A program made the translations under genes and the position numbers. Under the pieces are notes generated by a model. It searched no databases. It saw only the letters and a program-made list of their open reading frames with translations, and was not told the DNA's origin. Positions 8,189-15,090 of a DNA stretch of 20,962 nucleotides are shown in pieces. Position 1 is the stretch's first letter. Each line of letters begins with the position of its first letter. This DNA comes from Candidatus Helarchaeota ASGARD archaeon Hel_GB_B (lineage in GTDB: Archaea; Asgardarchaeota; Lokiarchaeia; Helarchaeales; HEL-GB-B), in NCBI GenBank assembly GCA_005191425.1, contig SUPR01000065.1, positions 1 to 20,962 on the forward strand. The letters are read 5' to 3'.

Positions 8189-9445
8189 TTAATTTTTATT
8201 TACGATAGATTTAGCATCTTCAATCCAATTTTTCAATTTAACAATAGATTTAGTAGGAATAATTTGTACCAAATCATCAAGTGCACAATTTGAAAGATCT
8301 TGGACAGTATGGATACCATTATTAACAAGAATACGTTCGTCTCTAACACCAAGACCTTTAATATCAGTTAGTTTAAATTTAGTACTATGAAGTAATTCTT
8401 GTCTATTTTCTTTATTTTTATTAGTACTTATTTCGTCAATTGAAATTAGACCTTTATTTAATAAAAATCCGATCTCTTCAAAAGACAATTGAATATTTGA
8501 TTTATGTTTTTCCAACAATTCTTGAGCGCGTTGTAATTCTATTTTTACAAATTTTTCTCTTCTAATTATTTTTTCTTTTTGTGATATTTTTTCAAGTTTA
8601 GCTTCGATCTCCTTTATTTCCTCAAGTTTACTGTCATAACCTTTTCTGAGTAATTGTACATCCTTGATTTTTTTAATCATTTCTTGATGTGCATCATCAC
8701 TAATTTTTTTAATTTCATTTATTTTATCGTTATATTCCATCAACTTTTTATGATGTTCATTACCAAGCTGGTATAATTCGTCCATACGGGTTTGAATTTT
8801 TTCGATTTCAGGAATTAAATCGACCATTAGCTTATGATAATGGTTTGCGGAAGTTCTAAATTCATCTAAATTTTTAATAAGTTCATTTAATTCTAGGTCT
8901 ATTGCTTTTATATCTTGATATTCGCTATTATTATTAATTTTTGCATTTAATATTTCAATACGTTTTACTAATTCTTTTTCTTTTTCAAAGTCCATTGATT
9001 CTGTTTGTAATTTCCAATCTAATTCTAGAATTTCGGATATTATTCGCTTCATTTTTCCGGAATTTTTTTTCATCTGCTTCTTTTGGTTTAATAATTCGTG
9101 AAATTGATTCTTGAATTCTTTATATAAAATCCATTTAGAGTCGCGTTCAGCTTTATATTCGGATATTTGTGTACGAATAATGTTTCGTTTTTCTTTTAAT
9201 TGCTGAAATTCTTTATTATATGAATCGCGTAAAATTTTTTGCTCTTTAGCTTTTTCGATCAATTTACTAACTATCTCGTTATTGTCATCTCGAATTTCCT
9301 TTAACTTTCTAATTTCAATATCGTAATTTTTCTGCATTTCCTTGTTTAATTTTAAAGCCACTTTACACTTTTTTAACTCTGCTAATAGTTTTTCTTTTGT
9401 TTTTTTTAGATCGGATTCCATTTCCGCATATTTACCTCGAACCAA
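8189..9445 (-). CDS. Archaeal coiled-coil protein (COG1340-like) fused to a C-terminal helix-hairpin-helix domain
   Basis: Long heptad-rich K/E helix with the central motif LELDWKLQTESMDFEKEKELVKRI and repeated A/G-x-x-(Y/H/A)-H motifs (ANHYH, GNEHH, DDAHQ). The C-terminus LTDIKGLGVRDERILVNNGIHTVQDL...NWIEDAK is HhH-like. The start is either TTG at 9445 or ATG at 9421. It lies 26 bp upstream of elp3 on the same strand. Confidence 0.75.
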   Translation of the reverse strand: MVRGKYAEMESDLKKTKEKLLAELKKCKVALKLNKEMQKNYDIEIRKLKEIRDDNNEIVSKLIEKAKEQKILRDSYNKEFQQLKEKRNIIRTQISEYKAERDSKWILYKEFKNQFHELLNQKKQMKKNSGKMKRIISEILELDWKLQTESMDFEKEKELVKRIEILNAKINNNSEYQDIKAIDLELNELIKNLDEFRTSANHYHKLMVDLIPEIEKIQTRMDELYQLGNEHHKKLMEYNDKINEIKKISDDAHQEMIKKIKDVQLLRKGYDSKLEEIKEIEAKLEKISQKEKIIRREKFVKIELQRAQELLEKHKSNIQLSFEEIGFLLNKGLISIDEISTNKNKENRQELLHSTKFKLTDIKGLGVRDERILVNNGIHTVQDLSNCALDDLVQIIPTKSIVKLKNWIEDAKSIVNKN

Positions 9446-9492
9446 TTGCTGGAAAAATATTTTATAATTGCAGTAATCATTTTAATTTAAAT

Positions 9493-9501
9493 ATATTTAA
9501 C
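9493..9501 (+). repeat. Left target-site duplication ATATTTAAC
   Basis: Identical to 10873-10881 and directly abuts the TIR. Confidence 0.9.
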
Positions 9502-9524
9502 TAGGCTGGTCAAAAATTATTAAA
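9502..9524 (+). repeat. Left terminal inverted repeat TAGGCTGGTCAAAAATTATTAAA
   Basis: The reverse complement of 10850-10872 is TAGGCTGGTCAAAAATTCTTAAA: 22/23 identical, with the outer 17 bp perfect. Confidence 0.95.
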
Positions 9525-9623
9525 TAAGTGTTTTTTTCCGACAATAAATATTTTTCTTATTTTTAGAGGCAAACTATTTTTCTCAGAGACCGGTATTACA
9601 GAGAGAGTATCTCTCAAATAATT

Positions 9624-10781
9624 TTGAGCGAAATATTAATAAAAGGAGCCGCCATATATTATAATATGCAACAATTACAATATTTACCGGAAATAAATTA
9701 CATTTATTATCCAGATGAATACGGCGGCTCCTATTATATATTATTTTCTTCCTATAATTTTTATTTTTCGGTCCTTGAAAATTTCAACAAGAAGAGTGGT
9801 CTAGGGCGCCCGAAATTTGATAGAAACATTTTATTTAGATGCCTTATGCTAAAAACACTAATGATGCCAAATAATTATAGGTCCTTAATAGCAAAGTTAA
9901 GGCTTAATAAGGATTTAGCTAAAATAATAGGACTTGACCCCAATAAGATCCCAAGTGCCTCCATTTTAAAGAAATTTTTCCATGAACTTGATATTGATAC
10001 TTTATACGAAATAAATCTACAATTAATTAATGAGCTACGTTTATATAATATCCTGAATTTTGATAAAATTGCGGTAGATTCAGTCCCAATTGAATCATAT
10101 TTCAAGCCCCCGACTAAAAGAGGGCAGAGCAGTACTGATATTGATGCTACATGGGGTTTCTCAAAATGTAAAGGTGGGTGGTATTTTGGGTACAAAGCCC
10201 ATATTATTACTGATATTGACAGCAAACTAGGTATATCTTGTATTGTCACGAAGGCGAACGAATCAGACCAAAAAATAACGGACTCCTTGATTAATCTACT
10301 AAAAAAATTGGAGATACATCCGAAACAGTTATTAGCAGACGCAGGCTATGACAGTGAAGACAATCATTTCAAGTTGAGAGAGGAGCTTAATTGTATTGGG
10401 ATAATAAAGCCAAACCCTAGAGGTAAGAAGAGAGTAAAATACACCATAAAAACTATAAATAAAGCAAAGAAATTACTGAAACAGACTACTTTAGATAAAT
10501 ATATTCCAATAAAAAAAAGGAAAAAAGAGTATCGACAATGTTGTTGTGTTCTGCAGAGACATAAGATATTTAAAAAGATTTATAAAAAGAGGATATACGT
10601 TGAACAAGATAATTATATCATTAAGAATGTATTAGGACTAGAAAAAAAGAAAATAATAGGACTTGTCAATATGTATAAAGAAGTTTTATTAAGGTGTATT
10701 GTATCATTAGCAATTGCAATAGTATCGAGCCAGTTAGGTATACCAGAAGTAATGAGGTCTCCTAGATTTTTCCAGAATTAA
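9624..10781 (+). CDS. DDE transposase (DUF772-like N-terminus + DDE_Tnp_1-like core)
   Basis: GRPKFD..LFR.L...SL..L...IPS.S N-domain; AVDS (D152), ATWG...GWYFGYKAH..TD, ANESD, LADAGYD (D239), and Y-KK-R-IYV-E-QDNYII-K (the Y-2-R-3-E-6-K motif, E327). The true start may be the ATG at 9666 (MQQLQY). Confidence 0.93.
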   Translation: MSEILIKGAAIYYNMQQLQYLPEINYIYYPDEYGGSYYILFSSYNFYFSVLENFNKKSGLGRPKFDRNILFRCLMLKTLMMPNNYRSLIAKLRLNKDLAKIIGLDPNKIPSASILKKFFHELDIDTLYEINLQLINELRLYNILNFDKIAVDSVPIESYFKPPTKRGQSSTDIDATWGFSKCKGGWYFGYKAHIITDIDSKLGISCIVTKANESDQKITDSLINLLKKLEIHPKQLLADAGYDSEDNHFKLREELNCIGIIKPNPRGKKRVKYTIKTINKAKKLLKQTTLDKYIPIKKRKKEYRQCCCVLQRHKIFKKIYKKRIYVEQDNYIIKNVLGLEKKKIIGLVNMYKEVLLRCIVSLAIAIVSSQLGIPEVMRSPRFFQN

Positions 10782-10849
10782 GAATATAAAAAGAGAGAAG
10801 GACAAACCCAAAAGATTTAAAGTCGAAAATTTACTATATAAAGTCGGTC

Positions 10850-10872
10850 TTTAAGAATTTTTGACCAGCCTA
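10850..10872 (-). repeat. Right terminal inverted repeat
   Basis: TTTAAGAATTTTTGACCAGCCTA, the inverted copy of 9502-9524. Confidence 0.95.
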
Positions 10873-10881
10873 ATATTTAAC
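10873..10881 (+). repeat. Right target-site duplication ATATTTAAC
   Basis: Identical to 9493-9501. Confidence 0.9.
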
Positions 10882-11079
10882 CTAAGAATTGACCTTTTTT
10901 ATTAAAGAAAAATTACTGATCCTATAAATTTAAATTGATATATTCATTAAAGAATTATTATTATATTCATATTTTTAAATATTTTAATCATTTTGTATAT
11001 TCTAAATAGAATAATAGTAATGATTTAAGTAAATAATATTATTCATTAATTTTTAAATAGATATAATTTTGGTAAAAAA

Positions 11080-11841
11080 ATGGGCAATATAAACAATGAC
11101 AATAATTTAAGTAATTTAAAAGAAAAATGGAAAGAAGCTACACGATTTGAAGGATATGGTCATGACTATTATTATATAAAAGAATATGAAAAAGCGTCTG
11201 AAAGTCATCTAAAAGCTTCGGAGATTTTTAAAGAAATTAGTTCAATTTCGAAAAATGATATGAAAATAAGAGCAAAAAGGAATTATTTTATAGAATATGG
11301 AAATTATTTGCAATGTAAGGCATCTCACCAATTTTATAAAGTAAAGAACTATAAAATGGCTCAGGATTTATTTGAAAGAGCAGCTGAACAATTAAAAGAA
11401 GCATCGAAAATAAAGACAGATAATTTAAATGACAAAAAAGAATTAGATATTTTAAATATGAATATTCATTTTTTATTGGAAAAGGCATCAATTGCAAAGG
11501 CATTCTATCTTATTAATAAAGAAATAAAAGATTATAATGAATTAATTGAGCAATTTAAATTAGCTTCAACACATGACGATTTAGAAGCGGACTTTGCTGC
11601 TCAAGTAGGAGATATTCAGAGAGTAAGCCGGGCTAGAGCTAGAAAATATTATTGTGAAGGGCAAATATTTAGATTTAAAGGAATGATGGCACTTCAAAAT
11701 AATGAAATAAAGAAAGCAAAAGAGTATTATCTTCATGCAAGTGAGTTTTTTGATAAGAGTAGTAAATTAGATAACGAATGGGACGAATATGAAAAAATGG
11801 CTAAAAAAATGTTAAATGTTGCTAAACGATTAAAGGAATAA
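11080..11841 (+). CDS. Hypothetical all-helical repeat protein (TPR/alpha-SNAP-like)
   Basis: Four spaced copies of a K-x-Y-x-x-A-x-x-x-(F/Y/H)-x-x-A-(S/A) helix. No TM segment or catalytic motif is visible. Confidence 0.65.
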   Translation: MGNINNDNNLSNLKEKWKEATRFEGYGHDYYYIKEYEKASESHLKASEIFKEISSISKNDMKIRAKRNYFIEYGNYLQCKASHQFYKVKNYKMAQDLFERAAEQLKEASKIKTDNLNDKKELDILNMNIHFLLEKASIAKAFYLINKEIKDYNELIEQFKLASTHDDLEADFAAQVGDIQRVSRARARKYYCEGQIFRFKGMMALQNNEIKKAKEYYLHASEFFDKSSKLDNEWDEYEKMAKKMLNVAKRLKE

Positions 11842-11848
11842 ATGAAAA

Positions 11849-13162
11849 TTAATCACAAAAAACTGGTTTTCCGATATATTTTTGCAGAATTTTAATAGCA
11901 CAGTATTTACCACACATAGTACAGGGTTTTATAGGTTCATCAATACTACTTTTAAGATTACCTCTTGTATAAACAGCTTTTGCTTTTTCGCTATCAATTG
12001 CAATCTCAAATTGTTTTTCCCAATTTAAATTTGCCCTGGCTTTTGCCATTTCAAGGTCCCAATTTGAAGCTGATTCGCCTCTTCTGATGATGTTTGCTGA
12101 ATGGGCTGCAATTTTTGTTGCAATTACACCTTCTTTAACTTCTTCAACATCGGGTAGTCCAAGGTGTTCAGATGGAGTGACATAACATAAGAAGTCAGCG
12201 CCAGACATTCCTGCAATTGCACCACCAATAGCGCAAACAATGTGGTCATAACCAGGAGCGACTTCAGTGCAAATAGGGCCTAATACATAAAATGGAGCGC
12301 CATCGCAAACTGCCTTTTGAATTTTCATGTTATAAGCTATTTGGTCCAGAGGTAAATGCCCAGGTCCTTCTACCATAACTTGTACATTTTTTTCCCGAGC
12401 TCTTTTGACTAGTTTTGAGATAGTTAATAATTCTTGAAATTGAGCCCAATCAGAGCCATCAAAAATTGTTCCAGGCCTTAGACCATCACCAAGACTAATA
12501 GAAAAATCATATTCTGAAGCAATTTCTAGTAGATAATCAAAATTAGCAAAATATGGATTTTCCTTTCCATTATGAATAATCCAAGCAGCTAAAAATGTAC
12601 CACCACGGCTTACCATACCCAGTTTTCTTGGATGTTCTTTTAAGTTTTCAACTATTGATCTAGTAACTCCGCAATGAATTGTCATAAAGTCAACTCCTGA
12701 TTTTGCATGGTCGATAATTATATCAAACATATCATCCTCGGTCATTTCAACAATTGCTTTTTTATTATTAATCGCTTTAATTCCAGCTTCATAAATTGGA
12801 ACTGTGCCTATAGGTACATTAACAGTTTTCAGAATAAGTTCTCTAGTTGCTTTAATATTATCACCTGTACTCAAGTCCATTATAGTATCTGCGCCATATT
12901 TGACAGCTATCTTGGCTTTTTCAATTTCTTTATCAATATCGCAGATATCTGCAGAAGTTCCAATATTTGCATTTATTTTTATGTTAAGGCCTTCACCAAT
13001 CCCGATCGGTGAAACATTTTCCCTAACAAGATTTCGGGTAATGATAACTCTACCTTGAGCTATTCTCTTCATCATTTGCTCTACATTAACCTGTTCTTTA
13101 TCTGCTACAAATTCCATTTCTTTTGTAATAGTATGATTTTTTGCCGCCTTCATTACTGACAT
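11849..13162 (-). CDS. thiC: Phosphomethylpyrimidine synthase ThiC (ThiC/BzaF family)
   Basis: KINANIGTS, GADTIMDLSTG, GTVPIY, DFMTIHCG, VSRGG, SLGDGLRPG, VEGPGH, APGYDHI, YVTPSEHLGLP, and a C-terminal CTMCGKYC (CxxCxxxC-type cluster motif). A BzaF-type paralog cannot be excluded without a tree. Confidence 0.88.
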   Translation of the reverse strand: MSVMKAAKNHTITKEMEFVADKEQVNVEQMMKRIAQGRVIITRNLVRENVSPIGIGEGLNIKINANIGTSADICDIDKEIEKAKIAVKYGADTIMDLSTGDNIKATRELILKTVNVPIGTVPIYEAGIKAINNKKAIVEMTEDDMFDIIIDHAKSGVDFMTIHCGVTRSIVENLKEHPRKLGMVSRGGTFLAAWIIHNGKENPYFANFDYLLEIASEYDFSISLGDGLRPGTIFDGSDWAQFQELLTISKLVKRAREKNVQVMVEGPGHLPLDQIAYNMKIQKAVCDGAPFYVLGPICTEVAPGYDHIVCAIGGAIAGMSGADFLCYVTPSEHLGLPDVEEVKEGVIATKIAAHSANIIRRGESASNWDLEMAKARANLNWEKQFEIAIDSEKAKAVYTRGNLKSSIDEPIKPCTMCGKYCAIKILQKYIGKPVFCD

Positions 13163-13483
13163 TTTATATTACCATATTTTTCGAGAAATTTTAAATTAAA
13201 AATATTAATTTATCACAATTAATATATATATATGCAAAAAAATTAATTATATTAATTATTTCCTTCCATTGCATTTATAATTTATTAGTAAAAGAACATA
13301 GTGAAAAAAACTAAAAAGAAACATAGATAGGGAAATATTTTCCAATAATTTAAAAATCATATTAACTAATCCTTTAAAAATTAGTATCACATAAGATAAG
13401 TTTTTTAATAGATTATTAGCATAAAACTTTAAATAATTAAAAATATTTTTTAAAATTTGTAATAAAAAATGGTGCTTTAAATA

Positions 13484-13783
13484 ATGAGAAACAAGCCTAC
13501 TAAGAATACCAAGAATGACAAATCGTCAAAAATAGTAAACCCCTTGAAAATATTGAATAAATCAGTTAATAATAAAATTTTAGTAAGGTTGAAGGATGGT
13601 CGAGAATATATTGGACGATTACTTGAAACAGATATTTTTATGAATTTAGTTTTAACAAGTGCGGAAGAATTAGAAAAAGATACAGGTCGTCCAATTTCTA
13701 AATATGGGGAAGTTTTTATTAGAGGAAATAATATCCTTTTTATAAAGCCAGATTATACTGAATTAAAAAGTGGGGAATACTAA
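13484..13783 (+). CDS. Sm-like archaeal protein (Lsm), SmAP2-type
   Basis: Sm1 motif ILVRLKDGREYIGRLLETDIFMNLVL and Sm2 motif KYGEVFIRGNNILFI, with a basic N-terminal tail. Confidence 0.93.
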   Translation: MRNKPTKNTKNDKSSKIVNPLKILNKSVNNKILVRLKDGREYIGRLLETDIFMNLVLTSAEELEKDTGRPISKYGEVFIRGNNILFIKPDYTELKSGEY

Positions 13784-13800
13784 TTTTTAATATTTCATGG

Positions 13801-13862
13801 TGAAGCGATTTTTCTTCAGAAGCCAGTTTTAATAAAAATGGAACTTTTAAAGATAAAGTTCC
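13801..13862. terminator. Two small hairpins in the spacer between convergent genes; possible bidirectional terminator or structured 3' UTR
   Basis: TGAAG/CTTCA stem (13801-13805 with 13814-13818) and GGAACTTT/AAAGTTCC stem (13840-13847 with 13855-13862, 7-nt loop). Confidence 0.35.
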
Positions 13863-13895
13863 CGATTTAAATTTCTTTATTAAATTATAAATTAT

Positions 13896-14996
13896 TTAAC
13901 TGACAGCCCGCCAATGTATTCCCAGTTCATCAGCAAATTTTTTAGCATCTTGAACTTCAGTATTAGTTGGAGTTCTATTAATATCTTTAAATTTATTAGG
14001 ATATCTTCTAACTAGATGTTCTGGGTGATATTGTGCCATTATATTTACTAAAACATTAGGAATATTTTTGGAGATCCATTCTAAAATAGGCTTAGTGCAA
14101 CATTCTAGGTGATTTGGCATTACTAAGTGTCTAATAATTATTTCACCTTTTGATTCATATATAATTTTATGATTTCGAGTTATAATTTTCCAATAATTTT
14201 TTGCGTTAGATAATCTTAATGCGCAGTCGTCATTTCCATATTTAAAATCGGGTAGCCAAATATCAAAAAGGTCAGAAATTATTTTCATTGTATCTAAAGA
14301 GCAATAGTGATTAGAATTCCATAATTGAGCTACATTGACATTTTGATATTTCATTGATGAGACAATCCCATAAGTGTGGGCTAGAGGGCTTACATAATTT
14401 ATATTTTTTGCTTTTTCGTCCCTAGCCAATGAATTAGCATAAGCTGCTAACTTTTTAGGGTCTATTAAACTGCCTTCCTGAGGATTTGTGGAAATATCGT
14501 AATTCTGACAAAATACACAAGAAAAGGTACAACCTGTGAAAAAGATTGTCCCAGAAGGGATAAGTGGAGCTTCTTCACCAAAGTGCAAATGTGCCGAATA
14601 TACCCTACCGAACTTACCTATTCTACAATATCCTTTTTCGTTATTTATCCTGTTAACATTACAGTTTCGCTCGCATAAATGGCAATTTAACATTATTCTC
14701 CGCAATAGTTCGATTTTTAAATCTAAATAAGAATATTTTTGATCTGAAATATTATTTTTATTGCTAAATTCTTCAAGATAATTCCCACGAACTATTTTAG
14801 AAAAGATTTTTTGATGTATTTTCCACAAATTTTCAGAACTGGAATTTTTTAAATCAATATTAACGGGTATTTTTTTAAATATTAAATATCTTGCTAATTT
14901 TTTGCCTTTTAGAATTGCTCTATAATTATAAAAAATCTTTTTTACTTCATCAAACTCCCATACTGACCTCGCATCAGGACGAATTAATCTCCACAT
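13896..14996 (-). CDS. PflX-like (COG1313) radical SAM protein, function unknown
   Basis: N-terminal Cys cluster CHLCERNC..NR....GYCR, HFGEEAPLIPSGTIFFTGCTFSCVFCQNYDIS (CxxxCxxC), DIWLPDFKYGN, IIRHLVMPNH.ECCTKPIL, VNIMAQYHP. Confidence 0.88.
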   Translation of the reverse strand: MWRLIRPDARSVWEFDEVKKIFYNYRAILKGKKLARYLIFKKIPVNIDLKNSSSENLWKIHQKIFSKIVRGNYLEEFSNKNNISDQKYSYLDLKIELLRRIMLNCHLCERNCNVNRINNEKGYCRIGKFGRVYSAHLHFGEEAPLIPSGTIFFTGCTFSCVFCQNYDISTNPQEGSLIDPKKLAAYANSLARDEKAKNINYVSPLAHTYGIVSSMKYQNVNVAQLWNSNHYCSLDTMKIISDLFDIWLPDFKYGNDDCALRLSNAKNYWKIITRNHKIIYESKGEIIIRHLVMPNHLECCTKPILEWISKNIPNVLVNIMAQYHPEHLVRRYPNKFKDINRTPTNTEVQDAKKFADELGIHWRAVS

Positions 14997-15090
14997 TTCT
15001 AGTCATTTTTTTATTTAAAAGAAGGATTTTATTCTAAATATAAAATTAAAAAAAGATATTTAAAAAATTTGATATAAAATTTGAAAAATA

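Larger units (their letters stand above)
9502..10872 (+). mobile_element. Complete insertion sequence, 1371 bp, IS4/IS5-clan DDE type
   Basis: 23-bp terminal inverted repeats with 1 mismatch, a perfect 9-bp flanking direct repeat ATATTTAAC, and a single uninterrupted transposase ORF. Confidence 0.95.

Noticed and set aside
9875-10249. 124-aa ORF antisense to the transposase
   Set aside because: Fully nested opposite a conserved DDE core, with no recognisable features; treated as a shadow ORF.
11288-11503. 71-aa minus-strand ORF
   Set aside because: Shadow of the helical-repeat gene.
12707-13058. Two plus-strand ORFs (101 aa and 84 aa)
   Set aside because: Antisense to highly conserved thiC sequence.
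13163-13483. TPP riboswitch or ThiR operator upstream of thiC; AATTAAT-TAT-ATTAATT inverted repeat and an (AT)n run
   Set aside because: No riboswitch core is visible. The all-AT palindromes are expected by chance, and I cannot reliably match a ThiR consensus.
13795-13830. Possible SECIS element or C/D-box sRNA (GTGA...GA; CTGA on the minus strand)
   Set aside because: Spacing and helix length do not fit, there is no matching C box, and the flanking genes end in TAA with no in-frame UGA to recode.
14536-14730. 64-aa plus-strand ORF
   Set aside because: Shadow of the PflX-like gene.
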